From contig CAWFOM010000010.1 of NCBI GenBank assembly GCA_963817385.1, forward strand, positions 128,001-192,000: 64,000 nucleotides of DNA, in the 5' to 3' direction. A program made the translations under genes and the position numbers. This DNA comes from an uncultured delta proteobacterium (lineage in GTDB: Bacteria > Desulfobacterota > Syntrophia > Syntrophales > UBA5619). Every line of letters begins with the position of its first letter. Position 1 is the first letter of the stretch. The notes under the pieces are model-generated. The model did not search any database. It saw nothing but the letters and a program-made list of their open reading frames with translations, and was not told where the DNA came from. Below, in pieces: positions 22,228-32,796 of this stretch.

Positions 22228-24054
22228 ATGACGCCAGTCGGGAGAGAAAAAATGGTCGTTGATACATTGCCGAAAGCCCTGGTCCAGATGGTCGGCGCCG
22301 ACCCCGAACGGGTGGCGATGCGGAGGAAGGAGCTCGGCATCTGGCATGACATCCGCTGGTCGGAATACCTGGAAAAGGTGCGGCAGGTGGCCCTCGGTCT
22401 GCACGCCCTTGGCGTCCGCAAGGGGGATCACGTGGCCATCATCGGCGAGAATCAACCCGAATGGCTATATTCGGCCTTGGGTGCGATGTCCACCGGGGCG
22501 TCGTTTGTCGGGATCTACACGACAAATCCGGTGAAGGAGTGCGAATATGTCGTCGGCCATTCGGGGGCGGTGGTCTATATCTGCGAAGATGAGGAGCAAC
22601 TGGACAAGGCGCTCGCATTTCGGGAGTGCACGCCGGCTCTCCGAAAGATGATCGTCTGGGACATGGAGGGGCTCAGGCATTTCCAGGACCCCATGGTGAT
22701 GAGCTTCGACGACCTGCTTGCCATGGGCCGAAAGAGCGCCGAAAGGGATCCGCTCCTCTTCGAGAGTCTCGTGGCCCAGGGGCACGGCGAGGATATCGCA
22801 GGGATCATCTACACCTCCGGAACCACGGGACCTCCCAAGGGGGCAATGCTCGCCCACGAGGGATATCTCTGGGTCGGAAAACAGGCGACCGCCGTGAGCC
22901 GGGGGACCCGGGACGACGAGACTATCTCCTTCCTTCCCTTGAACCACGTCTATGAGCAAATCTACGACCTGATGGTCCATCTGACGATCGGTCACATCGT
23001 CAATTTCACCGAGAATACCGATACCGTGATGATGGATATGCGAGACGTCTCACCCACCCTGTTCCATGCCGTCCCGCGAATCTGGGAGAAATATTATTCC
23101 AGCATCGTCCTGAAGATGGAAGATGCAACAAGCTTAAAGAGGAGCGTCTACCGGACGGCGCTCGGGATCGGCAGTCGTTACAACGATGCGAAGCTCGCCG
23201 GAAGATCCCCTTCGCTTCTTCTGAACATCGCCTATCACCTTGCCTACTTTGCCGTCTTTCGGAAGCTCAAGGAACGTCTTGGCTTCGATCGAGTCAAGCT
23301 CGGATTTTCCGGTGCCGCCCCGATCTCCCATAATATCCTGAAATACTTCCAGAGCATCGGAATTCCCATCCGCGAGGGATACGGGATGACGGAGACGACA
23401 GGAATCACCCACATGTCCGAAGAGCACCGCTTCAAACTGGGAACCGTGGGAAGGCCCCTTCCCGAGACCGAGGTGCGGATCGCCGAGGACGGCGAGATCC
23501 TCGTCCGCCACAAGGGGATCTTCAAGGGGTACTACAAGGATGAAGAGACCACCCGGGAGGCGCTCCATGACGGCTGGATGCATACCGGGGATGTCGGGGA
23601 GGTTGATGCTGAGGGGTTCCTCAAGATCACCGACCGGAAGAAAGACCTGATCATCACGGCCGGCGGAAAGAACATCGCCCCGCAGTATATCGAGAACCTC
23701 TTGAAATTTGCCCCCTACATCAACGACGCGGTTATCATTGGCGACAACCGGAAATTCATCAGCGCCATCATCGTCATCGACGAGGAGAATGTCGTAAAGT
23801 ACGCTCAGGATAGGAAGGTCCAGTTCACGACCTTTGCCAGCTTGACCCGCTCGGAAGAAGTGGTCGCGCTGATTCAGGAGGAGATCAACAAGGTGAACGC
23901 CCAACTCGCACGAGTGGAAAATATACGGAAGTTCCGGATCCTCGACAAGAAACTCTATACCGAAGACGGCGAAGTGACCCCGACGATGAAAGTAAAGCGG
24001 AAGTTTATCAACACCCACTATTGTGACCTGATAGAATCGATGTACCGGGAGTAG
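22228..24054 (+). CDS. Long-chain fatty acid-CoA ligase (AMP-binding)
   Basis: YTSGTTGPPKG, EGYGMTE, GWMHTGDVG, DRKKDLIITAGGKNIAPQ, TPTMKVKR. Confidence 0.92.
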   Translation: MTPVGREKMVVDTLPKALVQMVGADPERVAMRRKELGIWHDIRWSEYLEKVRQVALGLHALGVRKGDHVAIIGENQPEWLYSALGAMSTGASFVGIYTTNPVKECEYVVGHSGAVVYICEDEEQLDKALAFRECTPALRKMIVWDMEGLRHFQDPMVMSFDDLLAMGRKSAERDPLLFESLVAQGHGEDIAGIIYTSGTTGPPKGAMLAHEGYLWVGKQATAVSRGTRDDETISFLPLNHVYEQIYDLMVHLTIGHIVNFTENTDTVMMDMRDVSPTLFHAVPRIWEKYYSSIVLKMEDATSLKRSVYRTALGIGSRYNDAKLAGRSPSLLLNIAYHLAYFAVFRKLKERLGFDRVKLGFSGAAPISHNILKYFQSIGIPIREGYGMTETTGITHMSEEHRFKLGTVGRPLPETEVRIAEDGEILVRHKGIFKGYYKDEETTREALHDGWMHTGDVGEVDAEGFLKITDRKKDLIITAGGKNIAPQYIENLLKFAPYINDAVIIGDNRKFISAIIVIDEENVVKYAQDRKVQFTTFASLTRSEEVVALIQEEINKVNAQLARVENIRKFRILDKKLYTEDGEVTPTMKVKRKFINTHYCDLIESMYRE

Positions 24055-24622
24055 TCAAACAGTACATCCTCTCCATCGGTGGGGTTAGTTATTTTGCCTC
24101 TCATCTTTGGAAAGTTTGGAGATTCAGATACAGATCCTTTCCCTGGCTGCCCGCACCCTCCTGAATCTTATCCGCTCCTGGTCGCGGCTGTCGGCTGCCG
24201 ATGCCCGGGAGGCGTAAGGGGTCTTGCGAACTTGGGAGGAGTCTTCCCTGTGCAGGGAAAGAATCGTCACCCGATTTACGCGGACGTGGGCAATGATGTC
24301 GGTGATGGTTGGTCCGTTTAGATGCGACGCGTTTTCAGAAGTGCTATAAAAGCATGAAATTTTCTCTCCTTACCGTGTCGCCGGCCACATATTCCTCTTT
24401 TTTGTTTTTTTACTAGGACGAAAAAAAACTCATGTTCTACAGCCAAGGGCAGCACATATTGCTCACCTATCTCGCTGCCGGGGTGATCGCATTGTCCGTT
24501 GACTTGAAAGTAGAATTATGAGAAAAATTTCAAATTAGTGACGTGTCACTCTGACAGGATGGCCGATTTCATCGGAAACGGAACATTCGTACCTCTTAAC
24601 ATGTTTTTCGCGGTTCGCCAAA

Positions 24623-25144
24623 ATGCAAATATTTAGTACACTATCGTTAAGTATTTCGGTTTTCATGATTATCCTGGCTATGTGTGTTGGGACGACTGTG
24701 TTTGCGACCAATAGAGAAGGTAAGACCCCAGTGTCGAAAACTGAAGGGCTGCCCCTGCCATCCGCCGTGGGAGGCGGTATTTCTATGCGAGTCTTGTGGA
24801 CGGTTTCCGAATATAGGGTGGGCAGAAGTGCCGTCTGGGGGGAAGAGGAAGCGCGCACGCTCCTTTTCAAGCCGCTTGACGTAGATGCGACGACGATCAC
24901 CTTCGATGGTAAGACGTGCCGTGATGTTAGTTTTAAAAAAGAGATGGTAACAGCGAAAGAACATTTAGACCATGTCTTTCACACCACACCACAAGCGCTT
25001 GGCATTAAGGAGGAGGTAGTGGAGCTGGTAAAGACCAATTGCGACCTACCGGGGTTTTCAGAATACATGCGTTTGAAAGATAGGAGAATAATCATTTATA
25101 TCAATGGAGTTTTCTTTTACTTTGAGCCTGTTGTGAATTACTGA
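24623..25144 (+). CDS. Hypothetical exported protein
   Basis: 173 aa ORF with N-terminal hydrophobic segment, co-oriented 24 bp before the large secreted protein; start uncertain. Confidence 0.7.
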   Translation: MQIFSTLSLSISVFMIILAMCVGTTVFATNREGKTPVSKTEGLPLPSAVGGGISMRVLWTVSEYRVGRSAVWGEEEARTLLFKPLDVDATTITFDGKTCRDVSFKKEMVTAKEHLDHVFHTTPQALGIKEEVVELVKTNCDLPGFSEYMRLKDRRIIIYINGVFFYFEPVVNY

Positions 25145-25168
25145 AGTGAGGGGTTTTCAGGAACCAAT

Positions 25169-28078
25169 ATGATCAACAAATTGCCTAGATTTTTTTGTGT
25201 AATAGTGGCGTTCGGTTTGTTGTTCGCTCCCAATGCCCGCACGGCGCCTGCTGTCGAATATCATATTCCGCCCCCCCTTACCCAGCAGCTTTCCCGTGAT
25301 GGGAATTCGTTATACTATGCCGCTCCTCCGGTGGTCTATGTGGCTGATACCAACCCCTCTGCCAAACGGGTGCTCATCCCGGTGCGCCTTGATCTGTTAA
25401 GCTTACCTGAATTTGCCACAGCAACATTTTCCATTACGTATGTGTCAAGTGGAGGCACAGATCTTTGGGGTGAAAGTTGCGCCGCCTTTCCGGAGCAGGC
25501 AAAAAACGCTTTTAATGCCGCCGCTGCCATTTGGGGCAACATTCTTCAGTCGTCTGTGCCGATAACGATTAGTGCCTGTTGGGCGAATTTAGGTTCAGAC
25601 ACCACATTGGGATATTCCGGCGGGGGTCCCTTACGAAAAGATTTCGCCGGTGCCCCGAGGGCGAATACCTGGTACGGGGGATCATTGGCAAATGCTTTGG
25701 CGGGTTCCGATCTAAATCCCACTCAATTTGACATGCACATTACCTACAACAGCAACTTTTCATGGTATTTCGGAACAGATGGCAATCCACCGTCAACTCA
25801 GTATGACTTAATGTCGGTTGTGTTGCATGAAATAGCGCACGGACTTAACGTTAGCGGTTCTATGGCATATTCCGGAGGAATGGGCAGATGGGGTTATGGT
25901 TCTTCTCCAGCTTACCCCAACATTTACGACACTTTCATGAGAGATGGTTCGGGCAATCAACTCATCGATACTGGTATCTACGGCAATCCCTCTACAACCC
26001 TTGGCAGCGCCCTGACGTCCGACAATATCTGGTTCCATGGCAGCAATGCAATGGCTGCGAATGGTGGCCAGAGAGTCAAAATGTACGCTCCCTCGACATG
26101 GTCGGGTGGATCCAGTTACGCACACATGGATTACTATACTTTTCACGGTACGGCAAACCAGCTGATGGTGTATGCTATTTCGCAAGGTAATGTTATCCAC
26201 GATCCAGGCCCTATTGTAAAGGGTATCCTCAAAGATGTTGGATGGCCCGCCGGCGCGACTTCCTGTACCTACGCCATCTTTCCGACAAGTGATGGATTCG
26301 ACTCTTTAGGCAATACGGGCATGGTAACAATCACAACCTCACCAGGCAGCTGTTCCTGGAGTGCCGCGAGCAATGCTTCATGGATAACGATTACTGCGGG
26401 CAGTGCGGGTACCGGGAATGGAACGATATCCTACTCCGTATCCGCCAATACAACAGGGAGTAACAGGACAGGAGCCATGACCATCGGAGGACAGACTTTC
26501 ACCGTTACACAAAATGGTGACGCCGGACCTCCAAGTGTACGATTCATTTCGCCGAATGGGGGTGAGACGTGGAAAACGGGAAGTACACACGCGATTACCT
26601 GGACCTCTTCTAACCTGAATCCAGCCAGTGCGATTTATATATATTATTGGTATAATAACGCATGGCAGCCGATAGCAGGCCCCCTTTTGTCCTCCGAAAC
26701 TTCTTATTCATGGAGGGTTCCGAACACACCTACGACATCATCATCGATATTTATTGGAATCTGGGTTAATAATGCATGGGTGCTTACGGATCAAAGTGAT
26801 CAACCATTTACCATCACCCAGACTGGCTCTATTACGGCTCTCTACTTTCCCTACGTAGACACAAACATTCCCTGGCAAACGGAGATAGCCATCATAAATA
26901 CGAGCCCCAATCAAAGCGTCACCGGCACCCTGAAGGCTTTAAGCAATGAAGGTCAGCTCATAGAGACCAAGGTGGTCTTGCTTTCGGCCCGCGGCCGGCG
27001 ACAGATCACCATTTCAGATGAGTTTACCAACCACATAACCATAGGCTATATCATCTACGAAGCAGACTCCGATGCAATTCAGGGTTACACGAAGTTTTAT
27101 CAAGAAGGGGTCTATAGAGCGGCAATTCCTGCGGTAAAAGAGGTAATCACCTCCGATCTCTATATCCCCCACATAGCCTCAAACAATCAATGGTGGACCG
27201 AGGTAAGCTTGGTGAACACCACCTCGGCTCCGAAACAACTGACCATTATATTTAACAATAGCCAGAGCGTGCCCTATACGCTCAATGCCAAACAGCGCAA
27301 GACCTTCACGATCGGTAGTCTCTTAAATCAATTCCCACAGCAAGACATTGAATCGGCGGTGATCACCAATGCAAGCGGCATCATTGGACTGGAGCTCTTT
27401 GGCAGTACCCTTGGCGGCAACCAGATGGACGGAATCCTCCTTACCGGCAACACCGCCTCGACCATATACTACCCCCACGTAGCCGGTGATGGCTGGTGGA
27501 CCGGCATTGTGGCCTATAACCCATGGGAATGGGCATGTACGATAACCGTGACACCCTACACTGCTCAAGGAACCCCGCTTTCCCCCAAGACTCTTTCTCT
27601 ATCGGGGAAGGGAAAATATATCGGCACGGTTGCGGGACTCGGCTTCCCCGCTCAGACGGCGTGGTTCAAGATAGACTCCACGCGGTCCCTCACGGGCTTT
27701 GAGCTTTTTGGCACTGTCGACGGCAGCCAGCTTGCGGCCTATTCAGGAGGAGGTGGGACAGGTGCAAAGACGGGCGTCTTTGCCAAGATCGAGAACATCG
27801 GCTGGACCGGCATTGCCTTTGTTAACACGGAAGACAGCGCGGCGTACGTTACCCTGACCGCCTATAACGACAATGGAACTGCCGTGGCCACTCAGGTGCT
27901 CCCTGTCAGTGGCCGTGCCAAGGTGGTCAATCTCGCGGAGGCGATCTTTTCGCAGGATATCAGCAGCGCCACGTATATTGCCTACTCATCGGACAGAAAT
28001 ATTGTGGGTTTTCAGCTCAACGGTACTTCAGACGGTATGATGCTCGACGGGCTGTCTGCGCTTGCCGGAATCAATTGA
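25169..28078 (+). CDS. Large secreted modular protein: HExxH metallopeptidase + BACON-like + SPNGGE beta domain + four C-terminal repeats
   Basis: Signal peptide; LHEIAHGL (25826-25840); CTYAI..CSWSAASNASWITI..RTGAMTIGGQTFTVTQ; SPNGGETW; repeated (L/I)YxPH(V/I)..WxTxxxxxN. Confidence 0.85.
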   Translation: MINKLPRFFCVIVAFGLLFAPNARTAPAVEYHIPPPLTQQLSRDGNSLYYAAPPVVYVADTNPSAKRVLIPVRLDLLSLPEFATATFSITYVSSGGTDLWGESCAAFPEQAKNAFNAAAAIWGNILQSSVPITISACWANLGSDTTLGYSGGGPLRKDFAGAPRANTWYGGSLANALAGSDLNPTQFDMHITYNSNFSWYFGTDGNPPSTQYDLMSVVLHEIAHGLNVSGSMAYSGGMGRWGYGSSPAYPNIYDTFMRDGSGNQLIDTGIYGNPSTTLGSALTSDNIWFHGSNAMAANGGQRVKMYAPSTWSGGSSYAHMDYYTFHGTANQLMVYAISQGNVIHDPGPIVKGILKDVGWPAGATSCTYAIFPTSDGFDSLGNTGMVTITTSPGSCSWSAASNASWITITAGSAGTGNGTISYSVSANTTGSNRTGAMTIGGQTFTVTQNGDAGPPSVRFISPNGGETWKTGSTHAITWTSSNLNPASAIYIYYWYNNAWQPIAGPLLSSETSYSWRVPNTPTTSSSIFIGIWVNNAWVLTDQSDQPFTITQTGSITALYFPYVDTNIPWQTEIAIINTSPNQSVTGTLKALSNEGQLIETKVVLLSARGRRQITISDEFTNHITIGYIIYEADSDAIQGYTKFYQEGVYRAAIPAVKEVITSDLYIPHIASNNQWWTEVSLVNTTSAPKQLTIIFNNSQSVPYTLNAKQRKTFTIGSLLNQFPQQDIESAVITNASGIIGLELFGSTLGGNQMDGILLTGNTASTIYYPHVAGDGWWTGIVAYNPWEWACTITVTPYTAQGTPLSPKTLSLSGKGKYIGTVAGLGFPAQTAWFKIDSTRSLTGFELFGTVDGSQLAAYSGGGGTGAKTGVFAKIENIGWTGIAFVNTEDSAAYVTLTAYNDNGTAVATQVLPVSGRAKVVNLAEAIFSQDISSATYIAYSSDRNIVGFQLNGTSDGMMLDGLSALAGIN

Positions 28079-28508
28079 GGGGTGGCAGCCGGCAGAACAT
28101 CTGTTCCCCCGGTATTGTTTGGGAATATGGCCTCCAGCTTTTTAGTTCAGAGGAGGGGCAACCCGGCCCTTTGCCTAAAGCAACCATCTGTGATCAGGAT
28201 GTGACAGTGAGGGTTGAAGCCGAGAAAGCAGCCGAAGTCCGAATGGCGATGACGGAAATTATTTGACAGAGGTATTTGCCTCTCATATTATTGATCGAAG
28301 GATTGTTGGATGAAGATGATGTTCGCAACGTTCTGTCGAGAAAGGAACTATCCAGATCAACACCCAGTGTCGAGAATTAATCGAATCGATGCGCCGTGAA
28401 TAGGGACGACCCCGTTTCGCCGTAACGCGCATCGGGTGAAAGTATCGGCGACGCCTTTTTCGATTCAGTATGCGGAATTGGAGTTAGCCGGACCGAAGGG
28501 GAGGTTAG

Positions 28509-30185
28509 ATGCCTGAAGAGTCGAAATCACGGTTGACGCGGGCCGAGAGGCAGGAGCAAGAGCGGGTGGCCAATCTGAAATACTGGGAGGAGCAGGATAC
28601 GCTCCTGCTCAAGCACCGTCAGGATGCTTATAATATCGGCGGAGCATCCCAGATGGATCGCCTCGTCAAGCAAGGGAAAAAGTCGATGCGCGAACTCATC
28701 GGATTGCTGATCGATCCGGGGAGTGAATTTTTCGAACTGGGCCTCGACGCCGGGTACGAGATCGGGAAGAAAAAGCTCTACGGCGGGCCTGCCTATGAAG
28801 AGGAGAAGCGGGGGCACATCCCCGGTGGCGGCGTGATCACGGGGGTCGGTGTCGTTCACGGCAAGGACTGTATGATCTTCGCTAACGAAAATCGCTATGC
28901 GGCCGGTACTTATTTTCCCATAACCCTCAAGAAACACATGAGAGCCCAGGCGATCGCCGAGCAGTGCGGGATTCCCTGCATCTATATCGCCGACTCCGGG
29001 GGGGTCAACCTACCGCTCCAGGTGGCCTGCTTCGCCGACGACGGCCATTTCGGGACGATGTTCTACAACATGTGCCGGATGTCCGCCAGGGGAATCAAAC
29101 AATACACCCTCTCCACCGGCGGGAACACCGCCGGCGGCGCCTACATCGTCTACCTGGCATCGGAATCGATCATGATCGAAAAGCTCGCCTACGCCTTCCT
29201 GGCCGGGCCGCCGATGGTGAAATCGGCGATTGGCGAGACCGTCTCCATGGAGGACCTGGGCGGCGCCTACGTCCATACCCAGCATTCGGGGGGGTGCGAC
29301 CACCTGGTCCATACCCAGGAGGAGGGGATCGCGAAACTTCGGGCGATGATGGAGTTCGAGCCGGCGCAGAAGCTCTTCATCGAGCGGCGGGAGAGCCGTG
29401 AACCCCGCTCCGACAGCCGGGAGATGATGAGCTCGACCCCGATCAACACCTACCAGCACATCAACATTCGCGATACGATCAAGTGTCTTGCCGATGACAG
29501 CTATTTCCATGAATACAAGGCGAAATACGGCCTGGCGCGCGGTGAATCCATCGTCTGCGGGAAGATGTGGCTCAAGGGTATCCCCGTGGGAGTGATCGCG
29601 TCGAACGCGAGCGGTGTGATCTATATCGAGGCGGCCCGGAAGGCGACCGAATGGATGATCCGCTGCGGAAACTCCCGGATCCCCGTGCTCTTCCTGCAGG
29701 GGTCGCCCGGGTATATGGTGGGGAAGGCCGAGGAATGGGGCGGGATCGGCAAGTACGGCTCCGACATGGTCCGCGTCTGCACCTGTCTGGAGGTTCCCAA
29801 GGTGACTTATGTGATCGGCCCCGACCATGGGGCGGCCAACTACGGAATGTGCGGCCGCGCCTTCAAACCCCGTTTCGCATTTACCAATATGCGCGGCCGG
29901 ACGACGGTCATGTCCGGTGAAACGGCCGGCTTTATCCTCGAGACGGTGCGGCGGAAGAACATCACGGACAAGGGAGGGGGTGTGGACGAGGAGGAGATGG
30001 CGCGCTTCCGCCAGGAGATGCGGGACCGGTATGACGAAGAGGGCCATCCCTTCTACACCGGATCATTGTTATTCCACGACGGTGTCATTGCCTTCTCCGA
30101 GGCACGCGACAGAATCGCCCGCGCATTCGAGATCTCCCTCCATGTGCCCATCCGGGAGTCGGTCTGGGGGGACATGAAGGTCTGA
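28509..30185 (+). CDS. Acyl-CoA carboxylase/decarboxylase carboxyltransferase subunit (methylcrotonyl-CoA carboxylase beta-like)
   Basis: DSGGVNLP, TAGGAY, FLAGPPMVKSAIGE, LGGAYVH, GAANYGMCGRAF. Confidence 0.88.
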   Translation: MPEESKSRLTRAERQEQERVANLKYWEEQDTLLLKHRQDAYNIGGASQMDRLVKQGKKSMRELIGLLIDPGSEFFELGLDAGYEIGKKKLYGGPAYEEEKRGHIPGGGVITGVGVVHGKDCMIFANENRYAAGTYFPITLKKHMRAQAIAEQCGIPCIYIADSGGVNLPLQVACFADDGHFGTMFYNMCRMSARGIKQYTLSTGGNTAGGAYIVYLASESIMIEKLAYAFLAGPPMVKSAIGETVSMEDLGGAYVHTQHSGGCDHLVHTQEEGIAKLRAMMEFEPAQKLFIERRESREPRSDSREMMSSTPINTYQHINIRDTIKCLADDSYFHEYKAKYGLARGESIVCGKMWLKGIPVGVIASNASGVIYIEAARKATEWMIRCGNSRIPVLFLQGSPGYMVGKAEEWGGIGKYGSDMVRVCTCLEVPKVTYVIGPDHGAANYGMCGRAFKPRFAFTNMRGRTTVMSGETAGFILETVRRKNITDKGGGVDEEEMARFRQEMRDRYDEEGHPFYTGSLLFHDGVIAFSEARDRIARAFEISLHVPIRESVWGDMKV

Positions 30186-30215
30186 GCGATGTTGTTGCAT
30201 AAAAAGGAGGGTTGT

Positions 30216-31013
30216 ATGACCGCGATTCTTATTCAGGAAAGGATGGAAGAGGGGATCCTGATCCTGACCCTGAACCGCCCCGAGGCGATGAACTGCTTCA
30301 ACGTAGACCTCCTGGCAGCCCTTGCCGACGCGATCCGTGAAGCCAATTTCGATCAGGAACTCCGTTGCATCGTCATCACCGGAGCTCCCGGGGAGGACCC
30401 GAAGAAGGCCGCATTTTCCTCCGGGGCCGATCTGAAGGAGCGCCGGACCATGACGCCTGATCAGGTGCGCCGGTATATATTCACGATCCGGAACACCTTC
30501 ACAGCCGTGGAGCAGGTGCGTGTTCCGGTGATCGCCGCGATTAACGGCTTCGCCTTCGGCGGCGGTATCGAGTTGGCCCTCGCCTGTGATCTCCGGATCG
30601 CCGCTGCAAACGCGGTCATGGGGCTCACCGAGACAAGCCTCGCGATCATCCCGGGGGCCGGCGGGACGCAGCGGCTACCGCGGATCATCGGCATCGCCAA
30701 GGCGAAGGAACTGATCTTTACCGCACGGCGTATCGACGCCGGGACGGCGCTCGCTATCGGGCTGGTCAACCGGGTTGTCGAGGCCGGGGAGTTGATGCCG
30801 GCCGCGCTGGATATGGCCCGGGAGATCGCCAAGAACGGCCCCATCGGTGTCGCTCAGGCGAAGTTCGCTATCAACTGCGGGATGGAAGCCTCGCTCGGTG
30901 TGGCCCTTCCACTGGAGTCGAAGGCCTACGAGGTGACGATCCCGACGAAAGACCGACTGGAGGCGCTTGCTGCCTTTGGGGAAAAGCGCAAGCCTGTCTT
31001 CAAGGGGGAATGA
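30216..31013 (+). CDS. Enoyl-CoA hydratase (methylglutaconyl-CoA hydratase-like)
   Basis: LNRPEAMN, FSSGADLKER, AFGGGIELALACD, ETSLAIIPGAGGTQRLPR. Confidence 0.92.
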   Translation: MTAILIQERMEEGILILTLNRPEAMNCFNVDLLAALADAIREANFDQELRCIVITGAPGEDPKKAAFSSGADLKERRTMTPDQVRRYIFTIRNTFTAVEQVRVPVIAAINGFAFGGGIELALACDLRIAAANAVMGLTETSLAIIPGAGGTQRLPRIIGIAKAKELIFTARRIDAGTALAIGLVNRVVEAGELMPAALDMAREIAKNGPIGVAQAKFAINCGMEASLGVALPLESKAYEVTIPTKDRLEALAAFGEKRKPVFKGE

Positions 31014-31026
31014 AGACCTTTCCACA

Positions 31027-31590
31027 CTAATTACCGTGTGAAGTCTTTGCAACCCAAACCGCGAACGATTCCATGAATCTTCTGAGAAACTCCCGCGTTG
31101 TCTCATTCATAATATTACCGTTGTCGTCGAACAGTTGCGCAGCACCTCCGATGTATGCCTCAGGCTGTTGCATTGCGGGAACATCTAAGAAAACGAAAGA
31201 TTGCCTAAGGTGATGATTTGCGCCGAAGCCGCCTATTGCGCCAGGTGAAACGGTTATCACCGCACCGGGCTTTCCTCCCCAGACGCTCTGGCCGTATGGT
31301 CGCGATCCCACGTCGAGAGCGTTCTTCAGCACGCCGGGAACCGAGCGGTTGTATTCAGGCGTAACGAACAGGAGACCGTCAAACGATTTCACCCGCTCCC
31401 TGAACGCCGTCCACGTTGAAGGCGGGTTTCCCCCATCATCATGGTCTTGGTCGTAGAGGGGAAGCCCGCCGATCTCGATGATCTCAAGCACCAGTGACTC
31501 AGGTGCAAGTGTTGCGAGCGCCTTTGCCATCTTCCGATTGAAGGATTCTTTACGAAGGCTTCCTACAAAAACAGCAATCTTTTTCGTCAT
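31027..31590 (-). CDS. NADPH-dependent FMN reductase (ChrR-like)
   Basis: ATG 31590; VGSLRKESFN, TPEYNRSVPGVLKNALD, GGFGANHHLRQ. Confidence 0.93.
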   Translation of the reverse strand: MTKKIAVFVGSLRKESFNRKMAKALATLAPESLVLEIIEIGGLPLYDQDHDDGGNPPSTWTAFRERVKSFDGLLFVTPEYNRSVPGVLKNALDVGSRPYGQSVWGGKPGAVITVSPGAIGGFGANHHLRQSFVFLDVPAMQQPEAYIGGAAQLFDDNGNIMNETTREFLRRFMESFAVWVAKTSHGN

Positions 31591-31753
31591 CTCCCTATCC
31601 TCCCTGTTTCGTTCTGAATGAAGAAAATATGCACATGATAGAACGCTACAAGTGTAATGCCAACCTATCAAGGTTTCGGCGTCGATGTCGCAAGCGATCG
31701 CTCCAGGCAGGAGCCCCGGCCACAGGCGCCTAAACCGACGCCGGGTAGCGTAC

Positions 31754-32719
31754 TCAGTCGCGCTTGCACGCGACGTGATTGCTGACCGCCTCGAGCACTC
31801 GTTCGCCGACGGCGGTTTTAATTTCGGTGCGCACCACAGTGATGGTGCGGCCGGCGTGCAAGACGTGCGATCTGACCTTGAGTGCGGTGCCGCGACCGGG
31901 GCTGATGTACCATGCGGACACATTCGACAACATCATTGCTGCGGGCGCAGCCACGCATGCATTGGCCGCTGCGAGACCGATAAGGATTCCGCCCTGCACA
32001 TGGCCGACGCGGTTGGCGATGTGCGGTCCGATCGTCACGCGATTGTTGGCGCCTCGCGCGCTGCAGCGAGGCATGCCACCCCAGAAGCGCTGGATAAACG
32101 AGGCATGCGATGACGCCTTCGCAAGCGCGGCGTCACATGCCCTGAGGATCGCACGCTCGTGCGGGTCGAGCTTGTCGACATCGACCGATAAGATCGGTGC
32201 GGGCTCTGTACGCTCCCATGGCAATGGAGCGAGAGTGACGCCCGGGGGTGCATCGAGGAGCGCGTGTGCACCGCTCGCATGACAGATCGGTTTACCGTTT
32301 GCGTGGATTATCGATGACGACAGCGACTGTTGCAGCGTTGCGCCCTCCGTGCGGCCGAGCAGATACGATGTGGCGTTGATATCCCCGGCGGCCGTCGCCC
32401 CGGTGAATTGTAGCTGGAGATGGATGGTCCCCAACCGTGCTCCCGGCGCGGCCCCGGTCCGCGCAACGGCGGCGAGCATGTTGTCGGCAAGGATCCCCAG
32501 CGCCACAATGTTCAGAGTCCCATTCGCATCGGTGCAGTGCGGCCCGATCTCCAGCGCCGCTCGCGCGGTGCCGCGGGCGACTTTCTGCCACTTGATTTCG
32601 AGAAAATGACCGGGAAAATGCAGACCTGCAATGCGATTGCAGAAGATCGCACGGAGCACGCGTTCACGGATGGTCTGGTCGTTGGAATGCATTGCGGCCG
32701 AATAATATCCGGGGATCAT
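31754..32719 (-). CDS. Double hotdog-fold thioesterase (PaaI-like)
   Basis: Two hotdog halves; NRVGHVQGGILIG, YISPGRG, HAGRTITVV; start may be 32692. Confidence 0.75.
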   Translation of the reverse strand: MIPGYYSAAMHSNDQTIRERVLRAIFCNRIAGLHFPGHFLEIKWQKVARGTARAALEIGPHCTDANGTLNIVALGILADNMLAAVARTGAAPGARLGTIHLQLQFTGATAAGDINATSYLLGRTEGATLQQSLSSSIIHANGKPICHASGAHALLDAPPGVTLAPLPWERTEPAPILSVDVDKLDPHERAILRACDAALAKASSHASFIQRFWGGMPRCSARGANNRVTIGPHIANRVGHVQGGILIGLAAANACVAAPAAMMLSNVSAWYISPGRGTALKVRSHVLHAGRTITVVRTEIKTAVGERVLEAVSNHVACKRD

Positions 32720-32796
32720 ATAATTGCAGAAATCGTTTCACGCGGCGTGACGATACCGAACACAGACCGGCATGTCAAGAGGATTTATAAATCATC

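Noticed and set aside
28075..28266. 63-aa ORF or possible mobile-element remnant after the metalloprotease
   Set aside because: No verifiable motif, IR or DR; cannot support without a database search
31647..31662. Sigma54-like site TGGCATTACACTTGTA (minus) upstream of FMN reductase
   Set aside because: The -12 element is TTGT, not TTGC; too weak to call
31677..31745. Inverted repeat CGGCGTCG...CGACGCCG as a possible attC site
   Set aside because: No proper RYYYAAC/GTTRRRY ends, no integrase, no other cassettes
31027..31923. Extended N-termini in the ORF track (FMN reductase, pabB, dtd, TMTC copy 1)
   Set aside because: Extensions overlap neighbouring genes or terminators; downstream ATGs have SD-like sites and match family N-termini
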